Assembly: GCA_012295275.1 (NCBI GenBank)
Contig: CM022679.1
Span: 7,502,001 to 7,566,000 of the forward strand
DNA: 64,000 nucleotides
Reading direction: 5' to 3'
Origin: Chrysomallon squamiferum
Lineage: Eukaryota > Animalia > Mollusca
In this document: piece by piece, positions 23,769 through 38,167 of the stretch
Position numbering within the stretch: the stretch's first letter is position 1
Layout: every line of letters starts with the position of its first letter
Notes under the pieces: generated by a model
Seen by the model: the letters and a program-made list of their open reading frames with translations, nothing else
Databases searched by the model: none
What the model was told of the DNA's origin: nothing
Made by a program: the position numbers and the translations under genes

Positions 23769-26209
23769 TCAAATTAACAGACAATAACGTAGATGAATGG
23801 AAACATAGATATTTTTGTACATGTTTATAAACGTTTGTTCCTCACTGATCTGGACGTAGTAAAAACGTAAATTGCCCGGCCTGCATATTTCGCATTTTTC
23901 ACGACATAGCTGTAGAGTTTCTGCTTGCTTGGCGTTTACCTGACTGTGAAAGCAGATCTGATAACTCAGCACATTCGTACATACAGATGATGATAAGTTC
24001 GTCAAATGAAACCAGATAGGCAGCGAGTGGAACAAAACCCTTTAAAACACTCTTGCCTCATCTTGATTTTACAAGATAGCGATCACAGCCAGTGGTAGAC
24101 ACGTGGGACACGCTCCAGTTGTAATACGTGATGAAAAATAATATCTATGAACATCGTATATGTAAATAAATATAAAAAAATCCCACACAAGAACTAGGTC
24201 TGCAATATTCTACAGATAGAAGATACGATAAAGTTCAGTGTTTGTTATCGAATATGGTGGGATGCAGGAAGGATACTATTTTTTTTGGCCAGTTATAACA
24301 CAGGTGGCCATTAACAAACATACTCCAAGTTCCCAGTGCCAAAAAAGAACGGTAAAGGTCGTTGTACCTTTTGAAAAAAAGATGTAAAGAATACACAGAT
24401 TAAAGAAATTCTATTGCGAAAATTCTGTTATTGAATCCATTAAATTCAATTCTGGACCTGATCAGTTCCAGACCGTCTGGGCGAGGTTATTCAACTGTTT
24501 ACCAAGTATAGCGTACTTTGACCTTAGAAGAGAAATACAGAACAAATATAAAAGGATTCTAATGTACGTCTGATGACATTTATAAAAATCGTCTACATCA
24601 AATGAAAACAATCAGTTTAATGTTACCATTGGTTTTTATCACTGTCTAAATGAAAAAAAAAGAAAAAAGTATTAGTATACAATATAATAATAATAATAAT
24701 AATAATCATAATAATAATAGCTGCAGTAGTAGTGGCTGTAGCAGTAATAGTAGTAGTAGTAGTAGCAGTAGTTGTAGCAGTAGTAGTGGCAGTAGTGATT
24801 GTTGTTGAAGTTGTAGTAGTAGTAATAGTAATATTATTATTATCGAAAATAACAGATGTTTATTGTTTTAATTTATAATCTACTTTTTAGAAAATCAGTT
24901 ACAGTAATAGCTAAATGTCTGTCAGAACTGTCAATATTAAAAACACCGCTGACCTAAGGTTAGACCTGTAGGATCAGTACTTGTTTTTGTACCTATTGAG
25001 TTATTTCCCATTCTAGCCAGAATCTTCAACTGTTTAGTGGACATAAAAGATGGACAGGTCTTAGATCCAACTGATAAAAAATCCCTCAAGCACTGATAAA
25101 AAAGAACTTCGACTCATAATGTACATATACCAAAGCATTTGGGCTATTTTGTTAGAGGGGCTGATTTGACCAACATTTTACACAGATAAGAAAAAAAGTA
25201 TAATTTCAAACAAAAACACACTTTCAGCACAGATCACACAAGATTCAATTCAAAAAGAAATATTTTCTTGTTCTTCCTTTGCCCAAATTTTCCTCACCGT
25301 CATTTTCGAATTTGGGAGGGTTGTGGTCATCACTCTCCCCTTCCTCCGAATACATAAGAAAAGCTGATATATAAACTTTAGTATTAAAAAAATTTCAAAT
25401 TTAATATATATATATATATACATATATACACACACACATATATATAGTTTTTCGTTCAATCACTTCTTAATAAACTGTTGATAGAATAAAGTTGTATTTT
25501 TATATTTTCATTATATCAATGACCAAAGCAGCAGATCATATATATATATATATAAAACAAACAGACAAAATGTAAACTAACTCTATGATCAGAAAACACC
25601 TGGTGTGTTTGCATAATAAAAGTGCAATCTCTGTCTGTTTAAATAAATAAAAGGTACAATATTAAGCTACTTAAAGCGCAATTTTGCGGTCTGTTACGTC
25701 AGCGCAATTTTATTAAAGCTCGGATGCAGTGTCAAATCGAATACTCTTTAGACTGAACATAAAGACTACGACATTGACATCCTCCATAAAACACCAGCGT
25801 TCGAGAAACATCTGCCAAAGAGATGTCAAAGACTGCGTTCAAATCACAAGAAATAAATCAATACAGATTGCAACTGTAATTCGCTGTGGCAAAAGCCTGA
25901 GGAAGCAAAACGAACACGCTTAAATAATAATAATAATAAGTAATAACATGCATGTAAATAAGTAGCACAGTACATATATAACAAATAATAAAAAGAAATG
26001 TAATAAATAAATTAAAAATTATATATAATAATAAATAAAACAAATTTATATAATAATAAATAATAACATATTTATATAGTAGTTAATAGCATACATGTAT
26101 GCAATAAGTAATAAAAAAATTATATAATAATACCATCGATATATAATAAATATTGCATATATAATCAATAATAACAAATATATATATACACATACACGTG
26201 CAGTGTGTC

Positions 26210-26370
<161 letters not shown>

Positions 26371-26733
26371 CACTGGAAGAGATGCAAAAATGTATTTCAA
26401 AAAATTTAAGTACGGACATTTGAGTCACCTCTTAAACGTAGATTGACGTTTAAAACATTTGGTGAGTACATTTTACACTGAGACTGGAAAAAAAGAAGCT
26501 AATACTACATGCAGTTTTATTACCTTTTCGTATGTCTGATACGATTTGTATAAATAATAGCGGAAACCTGCTGTCGTACACAATTTACAGAACTACTTAC
26601 AGGCTCTGTGTCTTATTTAAATTCTTGTCTCGTTAACACAGGAAAATCATTGTCAAACTTGCTTTTAAAAATGCATGGTTAATGAAGAACTTCCATCAGT
26701 TGTTCGTTGATTTCGTGACAGTCTTTCGATTAT

Positions 26734-26916
26734 ATGTTCGTTTGTGAGTGTGTATGTATGTACGTACGTATGTATGTATGTATGTATGTATATACGTATG
26801 CATGTATGTATGTATGTATGTTTGTATATACGTATCCATGCATGTATGTACGTATGTATGTATGCATGTTTGTATGTATGTATGTGTTGTTTGTATGTAT
26901 ATATATGTATGTATGC
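26734..26916. repeat. Imperfect (TATG)n repeat
   Basis: Direct reading. Confidence 0.9.
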
Positions 26917-27528
26917 ACTAAATATTTATGCAGTTTTCATGAATGACTGAATGTAACACACCTTAGTTACCCTTTGCATGTTTTGAATGATATATATGAT
27001 CGAAAATAGGAAACCAGTCTATTCTAATCCAAAACATCTAAATCAATTTGTTCAGACTCGGTACATCTACGTAGATCTGCATTATTTGTTGCTCTTTTTT
27101 TCTTTCTTTTTTTTATAAGTTTAATTAAGCAGCCATGATAAACATAGAACTGGAAACCCCAAATAACTGACAGGATATTTGAAAAAACGGACTCCGGTTT
27201 CATTCTGTTTGACAAGTTCGCTGTTATCGATGAGAAGCGGGTAATCAGCGAGCAGACGACATTTATCAAACAGCGGGGGTTCCTCTAAAACGCGGCGAAC
27301 CAGCCACGCTCACTTGCACTGATTACAGCGTATCGGGTGTCACACTGGGAATCGCTCGTGCAGTTTCTTTTTAACAAAGCGGCACCAAGCAACAAAACGT
27401 TTGTCAGGCTTGACGTAATCAGTGTCATAGAAACAAATGTTTTTGTTGTTTTTTTGGTTGTAGGTGGTTTGGGTTTTTATTGTTTCCATTGACAATAATT
27501 TGGCTTTCGGTTTTATATATATATACAC

Positions 27529-27609
<81 letters not shown>

Positions 27610-27701
27610 CTAATTTTTTCTTTCATCAAAACAACAACAATATATTTGTATTCTGATTTTTAAATTAATGTAATTAATTTTTCCTTTTTCTCTTCTTCGT
27701 G

Positions 27702-27757
<56 letters not shown>

Positions 27758-28373
27758 TGTTCTCTCCGATGGGAAAACAACGTAAGCGTTTCAAATTCTG
27801 TTTTTATATTTAGATTTATTTCATTAGGCAGTACTCTTTGTTTCTCTTTATTCTTTTTTTTTTTTCTTCTTCTTCTTTTGCGAGATTTCCTTTTCTTTTT
27901 TTTTTTTTCTCCTATATTTTTTAAATCTCGTTTTCTTCTAGATGTTATGTTTTGTTTTGGTGTTTTTTTCCCCCATTCAGTCAGACAATGGAATCAGGGA
28001 TTGTAGATATGTAAGCATGTTTTATTAATAGAGTTCTCGTCGTCTGCTTATTGTTTTTCCTGAAATAGTAATTTTAGAGTTGAGTTTGGAGCAAGAACCA
28101 TTTGTTTTTGTTGAGATGTTTTCAGAGTTACGATATTTAATGAAAACAAATTGGCAGTGGATGACATGATGCATGATGCTAGTTTCTAAAGTTATGTTTT
28201 GGCACTGTTTTATTATCTTTTCATTATTTTTTTTCTTATTAGATTTTTTTAATGTTATTTTTGTAATTGTGAAATTGCATGTAGTCAGTTTTTGTTATTG
28301 CACGAATTCTTTCTATGCCAATTTTAATTTAAAAACACATTATCCCCATCATCATAATCACAAGTATTATTAC

Positions 28374-28404
<31 letters not shown>

Positions 28405-28925
28405 GTTGTTGTTGTTGTTGTTGTTGTTAGTGGTGGTGGTGGTTGTATTGCTATTGTTGTCAGTAGCAGCAGCAACAGTAGTAGTAGCAGTATTAGTAGT
28501 AATAATTGTTGTATACTGTTAGTAATTATTGTTGTTGTTGTAGTAATGGTATGGAAGAAGCAGGATAGGGTGGAACAAGAAGCTTCCAATACGCGAGCAA
28601 TTCTTTTGAAGTCAGATATAACTAAAAAAAAATGTGCAAGTTACCGAGGCCCGCTGGGTAATCAAGAAAACACAACAGGTGTAAAAGAAGAAATTATGTT
28701 TTGCCTTTAAGCCTCAGTCAAGACACCCACACGTATAAAGTAAAAAAAAAAAAAAAAACCGAACAAAAACAAAACAAAACAAAAATACACTAACAAAAAG
28801 AAAATGTATTTTTGGTTTTACTTGAATCACTAACGGGAGATTCATATGGTTTCATTGTTATCAGTCTCAGTCTAATTTATCTATTCAGATACCAAAACTC
28901 CCTTTGGTTCTTGCATGTTCATTGC

Positions 28926-29000
<75 letters not shown>

Positions 29001-29487
29001 ACTCACTCTGACTCAAATGGAATTTTTACATTCTTGGTAATCACCTCATTCAAATGCTTCGAAAAAGTACAGATCAATAAGGAGTCATTTAAAGGTTGGA
29101 TAGCATCAAACAAACTACGCAAATATTTCTTCATCCGCTTTTGTGGCGTTTTGGTTTTATTTAGTTATTTAGGGAATGTTTCGTGTCTAATGAATATTAA
29201 AGTCTGTGGTCGAATGTCTTATTCCGACATTAAGAGAATAGTTGTGAGATGCACTAACTGAGAAAACCTATAGAATCTGTCATTCCGATTTCAAACTGAA
29301 TCTGGCAGCCGACATTATTTGCCTTGTTCTTTGGGCAAACATAATACGAAAGAGAACGGAAAAGTCAAAGGCTGAAGAAGTAAACCACATTCAGAAAATC
29401 AGTTTAATCCTTAATTAATGTGAAACCAAGATGAGATAAAAAAAAATGTGGTGAATGTTTTAATTGAAAGATGGAATCTCTGGATAC

Positions 29488-29562
<75 letters not shown>

Positions 29563-29759
29563 TTTATTTATATTTTATTTTATTTTATTTTTTATTATTA
29601 GATTTGAAAACTTGATCAGTTGTTTTCTGTTTGTTTACTGTCCTGGTAAAAATTTTATCATCAAGATAAATACCCAAACTGAACAGATTTATCAGGTTCA
29701 TAAGGGTTAGAGCGTTATTCTGAGGTTAGTGACCGCATAATCAATTATCCTTGGCAGTC

Positions 29760-29940
29760 TTCAGTGAGATCTTTGCATCTTCCGGATATTTTTAATTATT
29801 TTTAATTGAGATATTTGACATCTCACGTTAATTCTGCATTGAAATATTTGGCATCTCACGGTAATCTCAACAATCATTGTTAAGTGATATCTTTGACATC
29901 TCCCGAACATCTCACAATTACTCTTCGGCGAGAAGAGTTA
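29760..29940 (+). repeat. Four degenerate 33-45-bp repeats followed by a short stem-loop
   Basis: The core TGA(G/A/T)AT(A/C)TTTG(A/G)CATCT occurs four times, then the hairpin ACTCTTC-GGCGA-GAAGAGT at about 29920-29938. Confidence 0.5.
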
Positions 29941-31624
29941 TACAGATTTGTTTTGCTGAAACATTTTGATTTCGACATTTTGACGAAAATTACTCGTGAC
30001 CTTTAATTGCTCCACTGTCCTTAACACTTTACAACGCAGAAAACACGTGCGTTTTACTGAAAACGAGAAACACGTGACGTGCCACCGCAAAAATCTCGAC
30101 GCCCAACATAAATGTCTGGACTATTTACAAAGTAATACACCAAGAAATTAAACAAAAGTTTCTGAATGGCTACACCTTTTAAATGTGCCACATTAATTTA
30201 AAGATCGCAAATAATCCTAGAAAAAAAAAAAAATTAACAAAGATAAGAATGTTTAACTATTATTAAATGTCTGTTGTATAATTTTGTAATGGTAGTATGA
30301 GCGATGAAATTCATTAATTTTTGCCTGTTAATTTATCTTCCTGATCCGACAATGGTGCATCCATGGCCTTTATGCACTAATACTTGTTGAAACAGAACTT
30401 GGGTTACTGTTTGGCACTAAAATGTTGTTTATACAGTAATTATAGTCTTCAAAAGCTTTTTGTTCTCATATGTCTGTAACTATAAAAGTCTATCTGAGGA
30501 GTAGATTGAAATAAAAAATTATTATATTTGTTTTTAACTGACGTAGGCCGATCCACGCACTGACCAAACAGGTAGGAATCTCTTTCAGTCACGTTATTTG
30601 CACAGGAATAAGTTTCAGCTCAATTATCAACGAAAGCATGTGCGTGTTTCTTTAATTTGCATTAGTAGACCAACAACCGATCGGTCACGATGTTGGGCGG
30701 AACCGAAGCAAGAAGCATCGCGAAATAATTGACTTCTAGATTAGAAAACCACACACAAACTTTTGTTTTTCAAGAGTGTTTTGTATTTTTTATTTTTTAT
30801 TTTTTTAAAAGCCATGGCTAGATAATGAGAATAGTTTTCTTCACAGACGAGTAACTTAACGGTTCTGAAATCGCTGGCAACACTTGTCAGAATTCCGTAA
30901 ATAATGACGATTATGTTACGGAAGATTAACAACGAGAGAGGACCGTAAGAGATATGGAGGGATAGAAAGATAGAAAGAAAAAAAAGAACGACAAAACCGA
31001 GAGAGTGAAAATAAGAATAAGATTCTGGTAAAAGTTGTACAGATTTTTCATAAACATTTTTCTGGATTCTGATTGCTAAATTAGCGTATTAGTATATGTT
31101 AGTTAAAAAAAAAAAAACCAGCATTTATCTATTAAAAAAAAGTTTTGCTTTTAGATATCTTTATATAATACAGAACTAAAAAAAAAAAAAAAAAAAAAAA
31201 AAAAAGAAAGAAAGAAAGACATTTTTTTCTAGAATTCTTTTGGTTTCATTACTTATTCCCAGAATAATCAGAGCTTGGACCAATTCGTTGAATAGAAAAT
31301 ACTTGTTATAAAAAAATCATAGTAAACTAAGTCATTCGACGGTGGACCAATAAATGTGACCGTATTGGTTTGAATCCTTTGTTTTCATTGCTTCAATCAT
31401 TCACCAGTCAGTGGGCAAACCGAGCCATCACATTGAAGCATGAAATTGAATGGCCTACTGTAGTTTTAATGTTTGTAGAAGCATGAACGAACGGATGAAG
31501 CAGGGATAGATGAATGGGACACGAGACGGATGGATGAATGGATGGATGGATGGATAAATGAATGTATGAACAGATGGATTAATGAATGAATAGATCAGAT
31601 TAATGGATAAACAGACAGACAGAA

Positions 31625-31860
31625 TGTTGTTCTGGTGGCCGTTTGGTGTTGTCGTCCACCTTCGGAATGCTGGCGACTCGGTGCCATAAGTTCGAGTCTC
31701 GTCATCGGCATCTGACGGGGTTTGTAAAGTCGTGATTGGAGTTTGTCCTCCTCTGCTGGAGCGTTTCCGAATATTGTCTGTGTGCAGAATCTAATCAGAC
31801 GTACTTAACACAGAGAATTTTCATACCTAAATACGTATATACATACACAAAACATACATA
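31625..31860 (+). mobile_element. Degenerate tRNA-derived SINE
   Basis: Pol III A-box-like TGGCCGTTTGG (31636-31646) and B-box-like GTTCGAGTCTC (31690-31700) with tRNA-like spacing. A GC-richer unique body follows, then a (TACA)-like tail. No intact cloverleaf. Confidence 0.6.
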
Positions 31861-33134
31861 GACAGAGACACGCGTTACTGATATAAATGACAATAATCAT
31901 GGCACTAGTTAGAGATTCTGAGAGAAGTTCAGGATGTTAACATTTTTCTATGGTTTGATGACGTTTGGCTCGATTACTTCATAGATCACAAAACTGATTC
32001 CTCTACGAGTTCTCTGACTCGGTAATACACGCGTGTCCGCTAGCGATAGCATTTAGCGTCACATTTAACTAGATCAGTTTCGAGATGGTCACTGATAAAT
32101 CACGCCAAATTATAGCGCTTCTAATGCAATTATTGAATATTAACTCGCTTCATAGATTTTTCTATTCTGTCAGTTACGGACACTCGTGGAGAAAAGAACT
32201 CGTTTTGTGTTACAGGAAGTTTATTATTATGTTAACGCCAGAGTCAGTTTATATACATAATCAAATAAACAAACGAGAGAAAATTAAATGCAGTCTACCG
32301 TTTTGCATAAGTAGGTATCCTTTCTCTTTGTAACAAGTAATTAACGTCTTAATGTTTTAAAAGTGATAGTTACAAGTCTGTGAAAAAAACAAAAACAAAT
32401 TCAGCAGAAATATAAAAGGTGCTTTAATTTCATCTTTTTTTTTTTTTTATCCTCTGGATTTTAGCCAGTTGGATATTCGATGTATATGAGCTGTCAGAAC
32501 AATTATACTTTATTGTAAATGTTTTAAGTTTAAACAACACAGAAATGAGACAAACGTTCAAGTTCTTTGCCCTGTTTATGATGGTGAAATATATAGAAGT
32601 ACTAATACTATTGTTTCTTTAGAGCTATGTTCGTTCACAGCAAAATATGTTTTCATTCGGAAGATTTGTGTCATTCTGCCTGAACTTGCGTGTATGTGTG
32701 TGTAAGGATGGATGAGTGCATGCATTAATAAATGTGTCGGTGAATGATCATACGATAACCAAACACAAACTGATCTTCATTGATAAATTAATAAGACAAC
32801 ACGAATGATTTTGTTTTATCTGTGTGGAGATGTCACAAGAAAGAAAGAAAAAAGAAAAGAAAGAAAAATAATAAATGTAAATGGTGTAATTACAAACTGA
32901 AGTATAAGGGTTTATTGTTCTGTGGTTAGGTAACAGCCCTGAATCATGACATATTGCAGGATTAGTTCCCCATGAATTAGTCAATAAACTATATTAAGCT
33001 AAATTTCATCAGTTTTTATTATTTAATCAGATAATAAAAAACAAAGTCTTCATTAATTACATTATTTTCTGCCAAGAATACCTAACCGTTTTCATAACTT
33101 TTGAATTTGTATATTCAAAGTAATCATCATTTTG

Positions 33135-33210
33135 TTGTATTTACCTTTGTTTTGATACCCAACAGCTGATAAGTTTTTCGTTCTGGTGTGTCAAACAGTT
33201 ATTCATTTTA
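33135..33210 (+). mobile_element. Possible 3' fragment of a gastropod SINE-type interspersed repeat
   Basis: TTTGATACCCAACAGCTGATAAGTTTTTCGTTCTGGTGTGTCAAACAGTTATTCATT resembles, from memory only, the ...CCAATAGCCGAT...GTGCTGGGGTGTCGTTAAACA 3' tail of abundant gastropod SINEs. Confidence 0.25.
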
Positions 33211-33211
33211 T

Positions 33212-33251
<40 letters not shown>

Positions 33252-36200
33252 GTCTCTCTCTCTCTCTCTCTCTGTGTGTGTTTCAAATAGTTGTTTTTTT
33301 TAAATACTAAAGGTTTGTCAGGACAAGAAAAATGTAATTCAGGATCTTCTGAAAATATGAATCCAAAAAACATAACTATTATTCCTCGAGGGAGGACATT
33401 TTCCTGTTTACAACAGATACATGAGACTGATCAGTTTTCTAAATTATCAAATTTAAAACCTTAGAATTTACTTTTTTTAAAAATTATTTTATTTAATTTT
33501 CTTTCTTAATTTTGCCACTGGGTAATGTTGAATTAAAAATAGTATACATTTCTAAAGTAATGAACTATTAAGCACTTTTAAAAATCTGATGAATTTTGGT
33601 TGTAAGTTGGTAAAAAGATTATTTTTGTGAAATAATACCTTTACAAATTTTGTATTCTTCAAAAATGATCGCCAGAATATTGTGACAGATCCATCTTCCA
33701 GCTGCTTGTATGACAAATGTAATTTTAACAGCTAAATTCTATTTACTTTTTTCATCAGTTTTATCGCACAACTTTTTTTTTTTTTCCCCTCTTAAAATCA
33801 TGCAGATATCCAATAATTTTAATCCTTGGAGTCTTCCTGAATTAGCCATTTTGTTGTACTGCTTCAGTCAACTTGGACGTTTCTAACACGGAGTGGTGTG
33901 CAGTTGATATACAAATCAGCTTTTGCACACTCAGTCTAAGTATAATTTTCATTGAAAGAAATAAAGTAAAATAGTTTTTTGTAGGAACTGATCGTATATA
34001 ATCTGTTTTTGTACAAACAAAAATTAGTTTAGTGGAAATAAAGCTAAATTATACTCTTGTTTTCCGAATTAAGATTTTTTTTTTTTTTTTTTTTTTTGAT
34101 ACATTCAAAAGTACATGTTTCTAGTAGTAAGGGTTATATATATATATATATAGAATTATAGAATTATTTTTTGTAGCAATCAATAGGTCAATTCTCCCCT
34201 GCATAGATATATGGAAAATAATAATAATAAAAATATATATCTTTTAAATCAAATAACAGGAATGATAAGAAAAATAAAAGAGAAGAGGAAAATAGAAACG
34301 TTAATTTTAACATTGTTCAAAGTGAAAATTCTCTTTCAGATATTTAATCGAAAGCCGGATACTCGGTTGTTGTCAAGTACTAGAAGAACCGGGAAGTGGA
34401 CACTTAGATAAATTACTAATATCATTTTCTAGCTTTAGAATATCAGTCAAGTTATTAACACCTTCGTGATTTTCTTGTCAGTGAAGATACAGACTTAGAG
34501 AATTCACATCTTTGTACTCAGTACGGTGTACAAAGTTGAAAATATGAAATGAGCTTAATTTTCCATAACTTTTTTAATATACGAAAGATCTGTTTTAAAA
34601 AGTGTGTGCATGTGTGTCTGTGTGTTTGTGTCTCTCTTTCTCTATGAATGTGTATGTGGATATATCTGTATGTGTATGTCTTTCTCTGTGTCTGTGTATT
34701 TGTTTGTGTTTGAAAACGAAAGAAGTGGGTAAAAATGGAAAGGTCTTCGAGCTCTAAAACTTTGTCTGAAGCATGACGTAAACTCAGCATTTTATTTAAA
34801 AAATAAAAGGATGAGTTATTTTTCTGAACGTGCAGAATTGTACCATGTCTTCAGTCTTATACAGTAAAATACCCTGCTGTTACTACTTGTGTTCCTGCTT
34901 TGACCTAGTTTCATTTTGAAAGAATAAAACGAACAAACGGGAAATAAAAACTGCAGCGTGTTTACAAGAAGCTTCGACATGTTCATTAAGACAAAGTTGC
35001 TGATTTTCTAGCACTAAATGCTGTCAAAATTGACACACACTCGGCAGAAAAAGCGACGAGTTCTATTAAGTGATTACTTTGTGCTGGAAAAGTCCACAAC
35101 ATTATGAGTCCTTTCACATTTTTATGTATGTGAGCGATCCTGAATGTAGTGAAAATCTAAGTAATTTAATTTATTTGTATTCAATATCGTTGGTGGAACC
35201 GCGAGATTGACAATACCTCAGCAAAGTGAAGTCGTGAAACACCATTTAACTATGTGGGATGCATACCAAACACTGTTTATATGAGAATCAGCGGGATTCT
35301 GGGGAACAAATCCAATTCATTTGTTGCTGTTTGAGTGTCGCAGCCATCCACATTTCCTAATAAATGATGTTACTTAAATCTGGCTAATTCAGTCACACAC
35401 TGAAGTAGTAGATACTTCTTTTGTGAGTTCAAGATGTTGACCGTCCTTTAGCGAGACCCACGTGTTTTGATCAGCGTGTTCTTCAGTGCCCCTTTGTCAC
35501 ACTCTTTTGTGTATGGAGTTAGAATAGTCAGTGAAAAATTCATCTCTTACGTTCATCGGTAATTTTAGTATTTCTTTATACTTGCTAGTTTGTGTAGCGA
35601 CAACACTGAAATTAGATGAAAGTCTTTGAAATATCCAGATAAAATAGTGATACAGGATATAACTGAATGATCTACATGTATAGGTAATACATAAATGACA
35701 GGGACAGGATATAAATTAAACAAGGCAGCAAAGAATTACAGTATTTCCTGTGTTTAGATGATAAAGGAGTGTGATGTTCGCGTCCTTCTGAATGTGTGCG
35801 TCCGTGTGAGTGTGTGAGACAGAGAGCTTTGTACTTTATCCATAATTATGTTTGTCTATAAAACACTAGTATATGACTTTATTGTATAAAATCATGTCGT
35901 AGCAATAAAGCATGGAATTGTTACATGACAAGATCAAAGATATGAAATCAAAATGTGACAGTTTTGACGGATCTGTTACATTTTACTTTGTTTGACGTAA
36001 TTGTCTTGAAAAGCTTTCCAGCTTACTTTTATTGAGTGACCTACGTCAATGAAAAACAAATCCCAAGCAACTGTGTTTTTTTTTTTTTCTTTTGTCTTTC
36101 TTTTAACACATGCTGTGAATTGTTTTTCTTTTTCCTGTCTGTTTATACTGCTTGCGATTCGGTGTTAAAAGATCTTTCCTTCATAATTTAATTATTTTCC

Positions 36201-38109
36201 TACTTAAAACAGTAATAGAAAGATTGGATCATATAAAGACATTACGATACAAACGTAAAACCTTCTATACTTATTTATTAACGAACAATTCGACATGAAA
36301 GAGGATGGGTGAATGGAGGAATTGGACGCTCTACTGTGCACACAATGCAATTTGTAAAGAGCTTGAAGATGATTGATAGTGTCATCTACAAAAGTGGTGA
36401 TGTAATTTGATAAAACAAGAGCAATGTCGGTTATTTTCCGCAATGATTGACCAAGTGTCTATACCTCGCGTCCGCAAAAGGTGAAGCAATCATTTATAAG
36501 AGAAAAAAAAAAAAGAAAAAAAAAGATCTGTTGGAAAAATAAAACCTTTTATAAATATGAATTTTTCGATTAACACATTCAGTGTTATATTTCTTTTATT
36601 TTAAATCTAGAATTCTCCTGTGATTTGTCTTATAGAAATAAAACAAAATAAATAAAATTAAATTAAAAAATAAAATTAAAAGACAGGAAAGAAATAAAGA
36701 AGAAACGCATAAAAGAATACACAAAGACAAATATATAAAAAATATGTCAAAACATACACAGAGAATAAAAGGAAAAATAAAATTCAACAATAAATGATCA
36801 AAGATTCATGTATTCCTATAAACCTTAAAAAAAAAAAAATAATAAAATAAAATAACAAATGAAAACAACAACAACAAAAAAAAAAGTATTAAAATGGATA
36901 TAAAAGATAATGCTATGAAACGTATTTTAAAAATAAAACGACGACTGTGTGATGAAAAACTTCTACTGCTTGACGAAGAGATGACGAGTACGTATTCGAT
37001 GCCTTCAAGGAACTAAACCGTACCGTGTATGCCTAGAGAAAATTAATTCTGTCATCCAGAATATGTAATTTCGTAAATTGAGATCATTATCATCTATTTT
37101 CAGTCAGAATGGTCATCCGAGGAAGCCTAAGAACGTCTGAAGACAAGACAGTTATTTGTCACTCACGTCCACAGAAGCCTTTTTCATGTTATCAGTATAC
37201 TTTGAATGGGTCATATTAATTACCGATAACAGCCGGCCGTTACCGACAACAAAGAGAATCACCCTTACGTGTACAAGCTGTAGAGTTATACTTAACAAGT
37301 CCAACAAATTGATATACAGCTTTCACAAAGTTGTTTGGCAATTACTGAGTATTTGTAAAGACAGAATTTCGCAGGCTAAAGCAAAGAAAAAGTTACAGAA
37401 ACCAGTGGACACTTTTCCTGTTATTTATTTATTTATTTACTTAACGCTGGTCATAATGCAATTGTTTGTTTGTTTTGATATCATCATCCTTTTTTCTTTC
37501 TTTCGCGAATTTATTTTTTACCTTTTTTACTTTTATAACTATTATTTTTTGTTATTGTTGTTTTCAATATATTCTAATGTTGACACTTTGTCCTATAAAC
37601 ATTTCTACGTCGTCCGTGTTTGCTGCAATAGTTTTCTCTTCAGTGTTAAACGATTTCGTGTATTCACTGACATGTGCGCTACCGAATTCAGGAAATAAAA
37701 TATTCTGCGACCAGTGTTGACGATATTTCGTGATCACAAAGCTGCAGACGGTAATTTTAGTAAATTTGTAAATTGTATGAAATATGACTTACTGATAACT
37801 GACAAATGTGTACTTGAGACATCAAAAAGCGCGAACTGATTGAACGAAGACCTATTTGGTGATGATTAAGACGGAAGCATCCTAACATTAACGCAAAACT
37901 GACCTGAATTGCTGATCTTGTCTCATAAATATTTTTATTTTTCTAGTTTGTTAGTTTCTTGTCTTAAGCGGCGACATATGACAGTTCAGAGTAAAAGAAA
38001 CTACAAAGCTAGCAGCTCTGTACTCAATAATCTAACCACAGTAAGAAACTGGACGTGCAGACATTCATAAACTACTTTATATATATATATATGTGTGTGT
38101 GTATGCTCA

Positions 38110-38167
<58 letters not shown>

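Noticed and set aside
24081-24105. miR-2-like seed ATCACAGCCAG (and similar partial seed matches elsewhere)
   Set aside because: The match stops shortly after the seed region and there is no precursor hairpin.
24269-24370. Minus-strand GTATCCTT (U12-like donor) after a possible ~90-nt exon
   Set aside because: There is no recognisable protein or partner exon, and one or two such 8-mers are expected by chance in a window this size.
31630-31710. tRNA gene
   Set aside because: The A and B boxes are degenerate and no acceptor or anticodon stems can be formed. It is better explained as a SINE head.
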